This document shows positions 21,067 through 50,873 of a stretch of DNA of 64,000 bases, in pieces; within the stretch, counting starts at the first letter, position 1, and each line of letters opens with the position of its first letter. This DNA comes from Macrostomum lignano. Taxonomy: Eukaryota. The DNA lies in assembly GCA_002269645.1 (NCBI GenBank), contig NIVC01001024.1:124001-188000 (forward strand), read 5' to 3'. The position numbers and the translations under genes were made by a program. The notes beneath the pieces are model-generated. The model had not been told where the DNA came from, ran no database searches, and saw nothing but the letters and a program-made list of their open reading frames with translations.

Positions 21067-21915
21067 TCACATGACACAGCACTGGTTCCGTCGCAGCGCC
21101 TCCTGCACTCGGGCCGAGGTGGGCTTATGTCCAAAGTCCTTGTGATCGATTGCCTTCAGTAGTTCGCGGAATGCGCTGCCTACGTGCCAGTTGTACTTGG
21201 CAGAGCACTCTACAAACATACACTTCCACTGCTTGCGCACTATGTTGCTTGTCTCTCGGCGTGCCTCCTTGCCCTTGTCTTTCGACGCATCCTTGTTGCT
21301 GTTCTCTTTCTCTGATTTGCCGTTGCTAACCAGGTCGGCTTTGTTCGCTGCCACCAGTATTGGCGCGTCGATGCCCTGCTCCTGGATGCTCTCGCGAATA
21401 CGCCGGATGTAGGCAAACGAAGATTCGTCGCTGATGTCGTAGACCAGGACGTAGCCGGATGCTGAACGCAAGCCGAAGCCGCGAAAGTCGGAGAATTCTT
21501 GCAGCGAGTCGGTTGGAAAGTAGCGCAGGGTGGGACAGTCGACAATGCGAGCGTCGTAGCAGTGCTCATTGACAGTGATCGACGGGTGGTAGATTGTTGG
21601 CTTGCGAGTTGGGGTGTAGACCTCCGGGCAACTGCATTGGACGAACTGTTGCACCAGACAGGTCTTACCAACTTTGCTTGCTCCAAGGACAACAATGCGG
21701 ATGTCCTGCACCTCTGGTCCGGTCTTTTCCGCCGCGTTATGATTTGAAAAGGCGCCAGCGATTGTGCGGTCCTTGGTCTTTGAGTCTTTTGTCTGAACTG
21801 AGTGACCGTTGGAGCTGCCGCCCCCGCTGCCGCCGATGCCGCCGCTGCCGGCCAGCCCACCGGCGCTGCCGCCACCGCCAATACCGCCGCTTCCACCGCC
21901 TCCGTTTCGGAACAT
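21067..21915 (-). CDS. RASL10: Ras-like protein family member 10 (RASL10A/B-like) small GTPase, intronless
   Basis: GASKVGKT, NKAD, ECSAKYNWHV, ALRRNQCCVM CaaX end; pattern characteristic of RASL10. Confidence 0.88.
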   Translation of the reverse strand: MFRNGGGGSGGIGGGGSAGGLAGSGGIGGSGGGSSNGHSVQTKDSKTKDRTIAGAFSNHNAAEKTGPEVQDIRIVVLGASKVGKTCLVQQFVQCSCPEVYTPTRKPTIYHPSITVNEHCYDARIVDCPTLRYFPTDSLQEFSDFRGFGLRSASGYVLVYDISDESSFAYIRRIRESIQEQGIDAPILVAANKADLVSNGKSEKENSNKDASKDKGKEARRETSNIVRKQWKCMFVECSAKYNWHVGSAFRELLKAIDHKDFGHKPTSARVQEALRRNQCCVM

Positions 21916-23475
21916 GTTTTGGTTGAAATTACTCTTTTATTCTGTTGCTTTTAGAAGAAGCTGCTTAAGACTTTTTGGCGATGGTTGCAGAGCTCTCAAC
22001 CTGTTTGAAGTAAAGTCGTTGAAAATTTCAGCAGCGAACTGACACGCGCGAAATTGGGCTTTAAAACTCCTGATGCAGTGACAGGAATAAAAGATTCTGA
22101 CGACTTCTGTGAGAACAGAGAGGGAAAAATCTGCCAACGCTTTGTGGAGCTGGAGGCTCGGGAAATGAAAAAGGCCTGATATGAGGAGTGCAGTGTAAAG
22201 GAGGCGGAGAGGCGACGAGAGAAAGAAGAGCAGTAGCGCTTTGATGCCTTCTCTACCCTAGCTAAAGTCTCATTGGGCGAACTGGCAGACAGAAGAGGGG
22301 GTTATTAGTAGACTCAAGGGCAGGGGAGCAGACAACACAGGGAATCAACAGGACTCGGTTGACGTGATATACAAGTGGTTATTTTATGCATGCAAAAATC
22401 AATGCGCTTATATGAATAAGTGGTTATTTTCGTCGATTTTCGCAAATTGTGGCAAGTGAGACTCGGTCACGGCGCGCTCCGTCTCGGGGTTTGTTGCCCC
22501 AGCCCTGTCTTCAGGGCAGTTTTGTGTCCAAGCTCCCCCTTTGCGTATGCCACGGATCGGAATTGACTAATTTGAATAGCATCTTCGCTTTTCTAGTTTG
22601 GTTTTTTTAATAACTTATAAAGAGTGAACAGATTTGTTCATATCGACCAGAACAATAGTGCAATTCCTAATCCAGGATATTTGAGTTTTTCTAGAGAGGA
22701 AGCAAAGTGAGCTCCAGAGCCCCGAGATGGCAGGTGGAAATAGAAGAGAACGATCTAGGGAAAAGGGGAAAGGGAAGTGGAGGGACAATTGAGGAATAGA
22801 CAGTAGGGGGTGCAGAGGGCAGGACGGGCAAGCAGACTGAGAGCATGGATGAGCCGCTTTGGCGAAGCCCCCCGGTTGTCAGTCCCAGTCTGGGGATTGG
22901 CAGGTGCCTCCCAACTCGGAAGCGCAGAAGAGAAGAAAGCGGGAAGGGAGAGCCAAAGTAAAGAGAAAAGCAGAGGAAATTAGTCTTTGGACACGAACCT
23001 CGTGCTCAAGTACACGGGACTAAAAAGCCCCTCAAATGCTAAAGGAATTGAAGACATCCCATTTTGCTGTCTTCAATTGATCAAAGCCGAACAGACGAAC
23101 TCATTTCTGCCCAAGCTTCAGTTCGCGAATATTAAAAGCAACAAAAGAGCAATCCTTTAAATGAAATCGGGCTATTGAAAGCAGTCAAATCAACCAAAGC
23201 GTTCGCCTTGTCTAGCTCAATCAATTGATTGGATTAAATTGCTCAGCTTCACAACGTCATAACCATCACAACCTAAACAGCCTAATTTATCAGGAATTAA
23301 CTCGAAGCCAAGATCCATTAACGCCCACGCGTTTAAGTGCAGACAGATAAGCTGCTCTGACAGGATTAGTGGCTTATAATTATTGCAAATGCTCATCACC
23401 CGGCTGTGGGGAACTGGCTGCAATTCGTCAGGGTTTCCATTTTTAGACAAGTCTGTTTGTTTGCGGTCCCTCCTG

Positions 23476-23825
23476 GGGCCGATTTCATAAAAAAACTACA
23501 AGTGACAAGTGACAAGTCGACAAATGACAAGTGACAAGTGTCAAGCGTCAACGATTTTGGTTTCATAAACATCACGCGTTACTAGTGTTAAAAATAACTC
23601 ACTTGTGTGTCTATGGTTGAACCACCTTATAAAATCGATCGAGCCTTTTGACCACAGACCAATATCTTTAGAGTTATGTCAAATTTGTCAAATTTCGCTT
23701 GTCACTTGTCACTTGTAACTTGTCGATTTGTCAAGTTGTAGTTGTTTTTTATGAAACGCATTATTTTTTGAAATTGTCACTTGTCACTTGTAATTTGTCC
23801 AACAAGTGCTTTATGAAATAGGCCC
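23476..23825. mobile_element. PIF/Harbinger-type MITE
   Basis: 16-bp TIR gggccgatttcataaa / tttatgaaataggccc (1 mismatch), 3-bp CTG TSD at 23473-23475 and 23826-23828, subterminal (acaagtg)n/(cacttgt)n. Confidence 0.8.
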
Positions 23826-24162
23826 CTGCCAGTTCAAGTCTGACTTTTGTGCAAATTTTTTTTTATATCTTAACTTCAACTGAAGTTTTGTATCGTCCCA
23901 CTGCAATGTGGGTGAGTTATGCATGCAAACCGCAAATTACAGGAACGAACGCCGACTCGAGTTCAGATGAAAATTGGGCTGTCTGCATTGGGGAGCAAAC
24001 AGTGAGAGCTGCGCTGAGTGCAGGAGGAAACTCAGCCGAGGAAAAATATATACACATTCCCGCGAGTAGGTCGCAGCTCAGCAGCTGAAGACCCACCGAG
24101 GGAGATGCAGCTGGGACGGAAAGACGATTAGAAATCTTGAAATTAACTTTGCCGTCTTCTTT

Positions 24163-24206
<44 letters not shown>

Positions 24207-25059
24207 CCACATCTTCCTTTCCAGTCTGTCGTCGAGCAGGGGGGGGGTGTTTTTCGCGCGACTTTAATCAGCTTGAATAATGAGTACCATGTGAATATTG
24301 GGATATTTGTTTATGCGCACGTATAAGCGCTAGGCTTTGTGTGATCACTAGGACAACCCTGAAGCTCTGCTCAGACTCAAATTATCAAGCAAAAGGTTCC
24401 ACAGCGTCTCGAGGGCTGGACACAGGAAGGAGTCCCAGCTGACTCAGGAAGTCGCTTAAAAGTGGGGTCCATTAAAACTCAATTGAGCATGAAATTCTTC
24501 TCCGCTTTGAGAAATCTGGGCCCTAAAGAGCAGTAAAATGAAATAAAATTGATGCAGAAAAAGAAAGATTTTTGCGTGACAAAGCGAACCAGACGATGAT
24601 GGAAGTGGGCGAGAAGGAACCTCGGATATAAAAATGAGCGAGCCTTCGGGGAGCCTCCGAGAGGCACACGATCAGACAGATAGACAGAAATTTCTATCAC
24701 AATAAATTTGCCTTCAGCATTTTGTTTTCTAGGTAAACTCAAAAGAAAAAAAATCATCAATCTGCCTTAAAAAGCAACACATGAGGTTGCGAGTTGAGAT
24801 ATTTTCGTTGTTTCACGCAGAGATCGCGGGAGAATTCTGGGTTCAAAGTAAGGGCGTGAATGAGTGCCTGATTAATTAATTTCCATTTACGCTTGGCTTA
24901 TTCTGAGTGTAAGCAGCTTCAACAGCATCCATGAGACTGGAGTCACAGTTCATAGCATGATAAAAAACGCATGAAAGTGTACTTTAAAAACCTGGCAGTT
25001 TTTTATGTTCCTAATTTATAAAATAACGATTTTTAGAGCATTCAACAATGCTAATACAA

Positions 25060-26201
<1,142 letters not shown>

Positions 26202-26604
26202 TAATGCATTATTAGGGGTTGAACACGCAGAATGGTTTCAAAGCTGAGTAACTGCTAGAAATCTGTATATTATTTCATCTTTATTGAAAAAGAATTAGTC
26301 GGATAAAAGGATAAGGGGCTTCAGATAAAGCGAGATGCGTTCACCCTCTTCCCACTTGAACGACTGTCAGCTATTGAATCTAGTTGCTACTAAATCGCAG
26401 GAATTTTATTAGAGCTGACAAAAATAATCGCATTTTATCAAGACTGCCATGGAGACTGTTGCTCTACGGTTATGCTGGCTATAATGCAGGGGTCGGCCAA
26501 CTCCAACCCGCGGCTACATGCGGCCTGCAAAGCCTCTCTATCCGTCCGGCCCTCGGGTCCTTTGAAACTTTAAAATAGTAATCCGTCTCGCTCAAAGTTT
26601 GTGT

Positions 26605-27580
26605 CTCTTCTTAGCTCTCTTCTCTCACCTTTCTCTTCTCCTCTCCTCTCCTCTCCCTTTTCCTCTCCTCTCCTCTCCCTTTTCCTCTCCTCTCCTCTCC
26701 TCTACTCTCCTCTCCTCCCCTCTCCTCTCCTCTCTTCTCCTCCCCTCTCCTCTCCTCTCCTCTCCTCTCCTCTCCTCCCCTCTCCTCTCCTCTCCTCCCC
26801 TCTCCTCTCCTCCCCTCTCCTCTCCTCCCCTCCCCTCTCCTCTCCTCTCCTCTCCTCTCCTCTCCTCTCCTCTCCTCTCCTCTCCTCCCTCTCCTCCCCT
26901 CTCCTCTCCTCTCCTCTCCTCTCCTCCCCTCCCCTCTCCTCTCCTCTCCTCTCCTCTCCTCTCCTCTCCTCTCCTCTCCTCCCTCCTCCCTCTCCTCTCC
27001 TCCCTCTCCTCTCCTCCCCTCCCCTCTCCTCTCCTCTCCTCTCCTCTCCTCTCCTCTCCTCTCCTCTCCTCCCTCTCCTCTCCTCCCCTCTCCTCTCCTC
27101 CCCTCCCCTCTCCTCTCCTCTCCTCTCCTCTCCTCTCCTCCCTCTCCTCTACTCTCCTCTCCTCCCTCTCCTCCCCTCTCCTCTCCTCCCCTCTCCTCTC
27201 CTCCCCTCCCCTCTCCTCTCCTCTCCTCTCCTCTCCTCTCCTCTCCTCTCCTCTCCTCTCCTCTCCTCCCTCTCCTCTACTCTCCTCTCCTCTACTCTCC
27301 TTTACTCTCCTCTACTCTCCTCTCCTCTACTCTCCTCTACTCTACTCTCCTCTCCTCTACTCTACTCTCCTTTACTTTCCTCTACTCTCCTCTACTCTCC
27401 TCTACTCTCCTCTCCTCTCCCTTCTACTCTTCCTTCCATCCTCTCTCCTATCATTCTCTTCTCTTCCTCCCCTCTCTCCTCTCCTATTTGATATCTCGTC
27501 ATCTCTATTCCTTTATTCCCTCGCCTCTCCTTTTTCCTATTTCTCTTATCTATTCTCTCTCCTCTCTCCCCTCCTCTGGC
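26605..27580. repeat. (CTCTC)n polypyrimidine tract
   Basis: Direct reading. Confidence 0.95.
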
Positions 27581-27670
27581 GCTCAGTCATGCGCTGGCTT
27601 CTCAATGTAGACAGAAATTCTTGTTGTAAAATTTCTTTTATAAATTAGTTTCCAGTCAAAATTTGTTCCG

Positions 27671-30600
27671 CTAGCACAAAACATGCAGCAGCGAAATCTT
27701 CACCGACCCGACATTGACGCCTGTTTTGGTGTTGCCGCCCGTGATAGCGACGCAGTCGCTGCCGTCGCAGTAGGAGCCGCCGCCGCCTCCAGCCATATAT
27801 TTGATCCGCCCGGCTCCGCCGCCGCTGTAGCCGCCGCCGCCGCCGCTGGCTCCATAGTAACCGCCGCCGCCGCCTCCACCGAAGCCGCCTTTGTAGTCGT
27901 GGCCGGACCCGGCCTCGCCGCCGACCCAGTTGTTCGCGAGGCCGCTGCCACGAGCTCCGTCGTTGGTGCTGCGCCGCGTCATGTTGGGCCTGCCCAGCCA
28001 GCCAGCTCCGGAGCCGCCGTGCTGCTCATCGAAGGGCTCGACGTTCGTTCTTGTGAATCCTGGCTGGCCGTTCGAGCCACCGAAGCCTCTGTACATCGAT
28101 TCTGGCTGGGAGTTTGTTCCGCTGGTGCCCGCCTGGCCGTCTACGCCTGCAGTTGGGAGACAGGCTTGAGATTAATGTGGACATTAATGAATAGGGCGCC
28201 GATGCCCTCAGTTCTTCAGATTTGGCGCCGATGCCCTCAGTCCTTCAGATTTGGCGCCGATGCCCTCAGTCCTTCAGATTTGGCGCCGATGCCCTCAGTC
28301 CTTCAGATTTAGCGCCGATGCCCTCAGTCCTTCAGATTTGGCGCCGATGCCCTCAGTCCTTCAGATTTGGCGCCGATGCCCTCAGTCCCTTCAGATTTGG
28401 CGCCGATGCCCTCAGTCCCTTCAGATTTGGCGCCGATGCCCTCAGTCCTTCAAATTTGGCGTGGATACCCTCAGTTCTTCAGATTTGGCGCCGATGCCCT
28501 CAGATGTCTCGTCGATGCCCTCAGTTCTTCAGATTTGGCACCGATGCCCTCAGATGTGGCGTCGATGCCCTCAGTTCTTCAGATTTGGCACCGATGCCCT
28601 CAGATGTGGCGTCGATGCCCTCAGTTCTTCAGATTTGGCACCGATGCCCTCAGATGTCTCGTCGATGCCCTCAGTTCTTCAGATTTGGCACCGATGCCCT
28701 CAGATGTGGCGCCGATGCCCTCAGTTCTTCAGATTTGGCACCGATGCCCTCAGATGTGGCGCCGATGCCCTCAGTTCTTCAGATTTGGCACTGATGCCCT
28801 CAGATGTGGCGTCGATGCCCTCAGTTCTTCAGATTTGGCACCGATGCCCTCAGATGTGGCGTCGATGCCCTCAGTTCTTCAGATTTGGCACCGATGCCCT
28901 CAGATGTGGCGCCAATGCCACAGTTCTTCAGATTTGGCACCGATGCCCTCAGATGTGGCGTCGATGCCCTCAGTTCTTCAGATTTGGCACCGATGCCCTC
29001 AGATGTGGCGTCGATGCCCTCAGTTCTTCAGATTTGGCACCGATGCCCTCAGATGTGGCGTCGATGCCCTCAGTTCTTCATATTTGGCACCGATGCCCTC
29101 AGATGTGGCGCCGATGCCCTCAGTTCTTCAGATTTGGCACCGATGCCCTCAGATGTGGCGTCGATGCCCTCAGTTCTTCAGATTTGGCACCGATGCCCTC
29201 AGATGTGGCGTCGATGCCCTCAGTTCTTCAGATTTGGCGCCCTCAGTCCCTCAGATTTGGCGCCGATACCCTCAGTCCTTCAGATTTGGCGCCGATACTC
29301 TCAGTCCTTCAGATTTGGCGCCGATACCCTCAGTCCCCGAACCAGCAGATCAAGCCTCACCAATTCCCAGTCCCTCAGGTTTAATAAGAGTTACCATCAC
29401 CGTCTTTGCCGGCTCCGCCGCCACCTCCGGCAGCCAGCAGCAGGGTGTTGTCGGCCTCCGTGTAGACGAAGCTGCCTCCGCCGCCACCTGCGCTGCCATG
29501 CAATGAATTTGGTAGTAGTGGTAGGTTGCCGCCCCTCTTCCCGACAACAACAGACAGACTCGTGCCGGCTGTCAGCCTGAAATTGCCACTCATTTTGGCG
29601 CCGTTGCCTTCACTTCGAGTGAACACCTTGCCGCCATCGGCACCCAGCGCCTCGATCCGGTAGCAGGCGGTGAACGGCAACTGTACCGTTTGAACCGAAC
29701 CAGTGCGAACGGACGTCGTAGATGAAGCTGAGAAATATTTTTTATTTAAATACATTTTAGAGTAGGTCTTAGCTATAGAGTTGGGTCATAGAGTTGGGTC
29801 ATAGGGTAGGGTCATAGACGGAATTGGGTCATATTCGGAATTGGGTCATAGACGGAATTGGGTCATATACGGAAATGGGTCATATAAGGAATAGGGTCAT
29901 TTACGGAATTATATCATATAAGGAATTGGGTCATATAAGGAATAGAGTCATATAAGGAATAGGGTCATATACAGAATTGGGTCATATAGGAAATTGGATC
30001 ATAAAAGGAATTGGGTCATATACGGAATTGGGTCATATAAGGAATTGGATCATCGACGGAATTGGGTCACATACGAAATTGGGTCATATATGGAATCGGG
30101 TCATAGATAGAATCGGGTCATATATAGAATCGAGTCATAGATAGAATCGGGTCATATATAGAATCGGGTCATAGATAGAATCGGGTCATATATTGATTCG
30201 GGTTATTGATAGAATCAGGTCATACATTGAATCGGGTCATTGATAGAATCGGGTCATTGATAGAATCGGGTCATTGATAGAATCGGGTCATTGATAGAAT
30301 CGGGTCATTGATAGAATCGGGTCATAAATAGATTCGAGTCATAGATAGAATCGGGTCATAGATAGAATCGGGTCATAAATAGAATTGGGTCATATATAGA
30401 ATCGAGTCATACAAGTAGATAGAATCGGGTCATAGATATAATCAGGTCACAGATAGAATCGGGTCAAAGATATACTCGGGTCATAGATAGAATCGAGTTA
30501 TGAATAGAATCGGGTAAGAGATAGACTCGGGTCACAGATAGAATCGGGTCAAAGATAGAATCGGGTCATAGATAGAATCGGGCATCGATAGAATCAAAAG

Positions 30601-31727
30601 ATGGAATCGGGTCATCGATAGGATCGAAAGATATAATCAGGTCATAGAAAGAATCATGTCATATATATAATCGGGTCATAGATAGAATCAGGTCATAGAT
30701 AGAAACGGTTAGATAAAATAGGGTCATAGACGTAATTGGGTCATGGATGGAGTTGGGTCATAGACAGAATTTTGGATCATAGATAAATTGGGTCATAAAA
30801 GGAATTGGGTCATAGTCGGAATTGGTCATAGAAGGAATTAGGCCAATGATAGATTTCGGAGAGTAGGATCGGGCAAACCTCATGGAAAGTCTTCCAGGCT
30901 ACTCACCAGAAAAAGTCTTCTCAAACGGCGGCAGCGAGGCGGCCATCCGCAGCTCCAAGTCGGCCACTTTCCACAGCCGATCGGACGGCCCGGCCTCTAC
31001 GTGTCGCCGCACGCGGCTCGGGTTCGAATTCGGCAGCGTTTTGGTCGAGTCATCTACCAGAAAAATCATTTGGCAGAGGTCGGAACCGTTAGCCAGGCTG
31101 GCGACTGAGCAGCCTCTCTGCATGCAGGCGGTGGCGCACTCGATCTCGGAGCGGACTCCAGTCACATTCAGCTCGAAGCTGCTTGTCACATTGTCGATGA
31201 GCACCGAGTCGGTTAGGGTGAGCTCGGCCTGGTTCACGTTTGAGTCGGCGCTGGCGGCTGGAAACAGAATCAGCTTCCCATTGTCAGAAAGTTCCATTCT
31301 GGCATCGGTGCCCACTAGAATGCATCGATGCCCATTAGGCTACATCGATGCCCATTAGGCTACATCGATGACCATTAGGATACATCGATGCCCATTAGGC
31401 TCCATTGATGCCCATTAGGCTACATCGATGACCATTAGGATACATCGATGACCATTTTTAGCCATCTATGACCAATTGAAGCCATAACCATTTGAAGCCA
31501 TCGATGACCAATTGGAGCCATGACTATTTGGAGCCATCGATGACCAACTTGAGCCATCCGTAACCATTAGAAGTCATTGGCGCCGCCAAAAGTTGGCATA
31601 ATAACCACAAATGTGGCCCCTTTTAGCACCAGCTACATAGTCGGATAAATCAGTTGCTATCTGAGAACCCGGCCGTTTCGGCCAACTCACCCAATGAGCA
31701 GCAGCAGATTAGCAGCAGCAGCAACAT
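27671..31727 (-). CDS. Secreted PAN/apple-like + ALK/LTK-type glycine-rich domain protein, 417 aa, 4 exons
   Basis: Exons 31727-31691, 31314-30907, 29727-29395, 28146-27671; all phase-1 GT-AG introns join in frame. Hydrophobic start MLLLLLICCCSL, ECATACMQRGC, YRIEALGADGG, VVVGKRGG, GGGGGSFVY, LLLAAGGGGG, GGFGGGGGG, GGGYSGG. Confidence 0.8.
28195..29335. repeat. Intronic minisatellite, 29-bp monomers flanking a 21+29-bp composite core
   Basis: ctcagttcttcagatttggcaccgatgcc alternating with ctcagatgtggcgtcgatgcc. Confidence 0.92.
29775..30835. repeat. Intronic minisatellite, about 17-19-bp gatagaatcgggtcata units
   Basis: Direct reading. Confidence 0.9.
31322..31570. repeat. Intronic 20-bp minisatellite abutting the exon-2 acceptor
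   Basis: catcgatgcccattaggcta units. Confidence 0.85.
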
Positions 31728-32349
31728 ACGTGCAGTTTCCATCATTGAAAATTACTTACGTAGCATAAAAATTAACGAAAATGCAATTTTGGAAAGCAAA
31801 AGTGGAGGCGCATCTGTGAGTGGATTTTTTGCTTTTTATGCAAAACTGTGAGCAGATATTGTACACTTGCTCAGTAACGCCCCCGGATGAAGCGCTTGAC
31901 ACTAAATTTCTAGAAAGTTTGGTCGCTATGGTTACTAATTGATTTCTAGGCTAATTAAAACACTGTTGAGTGTCTCAAATACCTCAATTAGAAAGCTACT
32001 GGTATCTTAAATACGGCTAATTGAATTGCAAGCATCACAGATGAATGTTTGCCATCATCATTCTCGAGTAATTAACCTGATCATTTCCTTGGCTCACGCA
32101 AACAGAAAGGTCCCGATCTCTTGTGACTTCTTCATGTCTCTCTGCCTACCTTTCTGGAAGAGCAAATATGTCCTGCATTGGAAGGAATGCAGCAGGCTCC
32201 TCTTAAAACCTACTTGACTTAGCTGCAAGGTGGTCCGGACTCCGTAGACACCCATTTCGCTACTGAAGTGCTACTTACTTACTTTGTATTTACTTACTTC
32301 TGACGGGGGCAGAGCGCCGCGATTAGTCCGCGAGGCCCCTATCGCAACC

Positions 32350-33700
32350 TCAAGCTAAACACAGACAGGCCTTGGGGCTGCCGCGCCCATCCCTCGCCAG
32401 CAGCAGAAGAGCTCGCGAGAGTGGCGTCCCGGACGAATGCGCGTAGGCCACGGAGCCGGTGCAGGGGTGGAGTTGACATCGTTAAAGTGCGGGCAGAAGG
32501 TGACGTGGTGCGTCGAATTTTCCTCCTCTAGATCAAAAAAGGGGCGAATGGGAGAGCAATTACTTTGTAGTTGAATATGTCTTTGGAAGAAGCCATGCGG
32601 TAACAACCATGTACATCTCCCTGAGATCAGTTTTACTTGAGGAGATTAGGTATTCGGATACTTTCCGCTTTATGGCAGGCGTTGACATTCGTGTTTGCCG
32701 ATAATCAGAGCAGCTGTCCCTATGCAGCAGGTGTTGGTAGTTCAACATTTTTTGGAATGGCACGGTGGACTGGTGGCCAGATCACATTGATTCTATTGAA
32801 AACCGCCAGTTTCTGCAAGCTTTTGAAACGGTCTTAAACTGACTCGGTTGAAAGCTTGATAGAAGACAAAGTCTTGCTGTCAGAGTAAAACTCAAAGCTA
32901 AAACTAAAAGTCAAAGCTGCTGATGGTCAACACACTGGTTGATGGCCATGACTTTGGATTGAAAACCGAGACATTCTCAAAAAGATAAAGGCCACACTTG
33001 TGGAAAATGGCTATGCCTGCGCTAGCCATCACAAACGAAACGCGTGGCACCTTTCATCGCCTCAGCTCTGATAACCAGATGCAGAGGAGGCATGTTTGAG
33101 GATGGTGTTGAGTCCCTTGTAAGGGGTGGAGGGGTACGCACCAGTGATGGCCCGGCAAATGCTTCCCTGAAATTGATAGAGACGGTCCCACACTGTCTTC
33201 AGCTCCAACGCACTGGACAAGATGAAGCAAAAGTAGATGATGCTGGGTCGGATGATGCCCGTGTAGATCCACCGGTCCGTTTTGGGAGAGGGTCCATAGG
33301 CCCGATAGCTTAATTGGCGCGCTCGATCAGCATGTTTGGTCCAACGCAGATCATGCGCGAGTGTCACACCTATATATTTTGTTTTCTTGCCGTAATTTTT
33401 ATATTTTGAACTCTTGTGAGTTCTCAGAGCTGAGTGATAGTTCTCATAGTCCTCTGGGGTGCTCTTCTGGTTGGCAATCCGATGCAACCGAAGGGAATTC
33501 TTTATTTCACCAAGGTGAATACACCCTAAAGGTGAATACAGACTAAAGGTGAATACACCAAGGTGGCCTATCTTCCTACTGTTCAGCATTTCAACAAGTT
33601 TCTTGCACGGGGCTTCAATAATGCTTGAATATCTTTGCAACTTTCCAATTTTTCAGTCGGTTCATTGCTGATCCGAGACTTAAGGTCCCTTCTGAAGCAG
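32350..33700 (-). mobile_element. Decayed, 5-prime-truncated non-LTR retrotransposon (RNase H-bearing, R1/LOA/I-like)
   Basis: KYIGVTLAHDLRWTKH, WIYTGIIRPSIIY, QGSICRAITGAYPSTP (post-RT thumb region); degenerate RNase H-like [14 protein letters not shown] near 32740-32790. Confidence 0.75.
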
Positions 33701-34164
33701 ATCCAGTCCTCCAGCTCCCTCTTCAAATTTGGGCGGTCCGGTCCGCCTTAGTGGTTTAAACGGATGTAATAAACATACTGTTCACGGTGAAGGTACAATG
33801 ACTCTAGGAGAAGAGGATCTGGTAGTCTTTCGGCAGCAAAGTTGGCTTAACTCGCAGGGTGTAGGGCTCCTGCATGAGGTAAATGTCCACACCGGTGCCA
33901 CCTAGAGTGTTCGGTGAGGCTACTGAAGGCTGCGACCGCTTGGTCCAGGTTGATCAGTACAATTTGCAGGTTATGGTCACTATTTTGCGTGAGTGTGGTA
34001 ACATCATCATTGGATCCACCCGCAGGGTTGGCGACAAGATGACGGCGGATCTTCTTGATCGTTCTGGAACCCGAGTAAAAAGCCCTGTACCTCTTACAGG
34101 GAGGGGGTGGGCTCTCCCCAGTACTCCAGTCGATTGCCGCGCTGTCGCGGTGCTTGGTGGTATC

Positions 34165-34183
34165 AACAGACAGACAGACAGAA

Positions 34184-34228
<45 letters not shown>

Positions 34229-34287
34229 GGCAGACAGACAGACAGACAGACAGACAGACAGGCAGACAGACAGACAGACAGACAGGC

Positions 34288-34360
<73 letters not shown>

Positions 34361-34361
34361 C

Positions 34362-34427
<66 letters not shown>

Positions 34428-34430
34428 GGA
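34165..34430. repeat. (CAGA)n microsatellite
   Basis: Direct reading. Confidence 0.97.
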
Positions 34431-34856
34431 CTACGTGAAGCAGACCTGTACAACCCAATCTGATAAAATTTTTAGTCAAGAATCAAGCAGGAATGCAATT
34501 CTCAAATTTTTACTATAAGTAGCGTACTGTGTATTCGAGTATTGAAGTTTCAAGCAAAAAAACGATAGCGCATAGAACAATGCCAGTTTCAAAAGCTCAA
34601 ACGTCATTGGTCAGCCCGAGATCCAATCAGAAACACGCAGAATTTTTTTCACTCTGGATAGCGGCATGAGAAAAAAATTGTTGCAAGCAGTTGGTCTTCG
34701 CTCCGGCGGTATTTTCACAGCTTTTTAATTTAAGGACAAGAAGAGCTCTGCCATCAGCTGTTAGTCCTCATCAGAGCGCTGCAGTGTTAATGCATTTTCA
34801 TCTGCACACAAGCGATTGAACAGGCGGTGCAAAAAGCACGAGCTGCAGAAGCAGGT

Positions 34857-50347
<15,491 letters not shown>

Positions 50348-50616
50348 CCTATTTATAACGACACGATTAGATACTAGAGGATCTGCATGCAGCAACTTCC
50401 AGTTATTGTAATTCTAATACATTTTCTTGTATAATAGCTACCCCAGAAACAAAAAGAAGACACTAACAAAAATTTCATGTTTAGTGTAATGCATGAGAAG
50501 CAGTTATTAAAACGGACAAGTACACTATTTATTATTTAACTATTATTACATAAATACTTGTGAAATAAATACAAAAAATGCTTTAAAACATAGTTTAACA
50601 GCTAGAAATGCAAACT

Positions 50617-50873
50617 TCAAACATCCCATCCAGCCTCCCAGTCTCTGCCGGCACCATCATCCCAGCCGCTGACATCAGCCGCAGCAGCAGCTCCATCTGC
50701 AGCATCCCCAGGCTCAATAAACTCGTCGTCTCGTTCAAATTTAGCCACTAAGCGGATGTCGATTTTGGCGGTTGACTGTTGCTGCTGTTGCTGACGATTA
50801 GTAAATGTGCTCTGGTTCCTGGAACTGGACATGCCGCCGATCGAATTTGAATGATGAATAAACTTTTGAGAAG
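50617..50873 (-). CDS. Terminal coding exon (acidic, Trp-repeat C-terminus), probably exon 2 of the ANKRD39-like gene
   Basis: Acceptor ttctcattccag, 257-nt open frame SQKF...WDDGAGRDWEAGWDV*; joins in phase 1 to a GT at 51614. Confidence 0.5.

Noticed and set aside
26487-26575. CAGGGGTCGGCCAAC hAT/Charlie-like 5-prime end
   Set aside because: No matching opposite TIR or TSD found in the window.
27671-29755. ALK/LTK receptor kinase or mycobacterial PE-PGRS contamination
   Set aside because: No TM or kinase exon, the stop follows the Gly-rich domain, and the gene has canonical spliceosomal introns.
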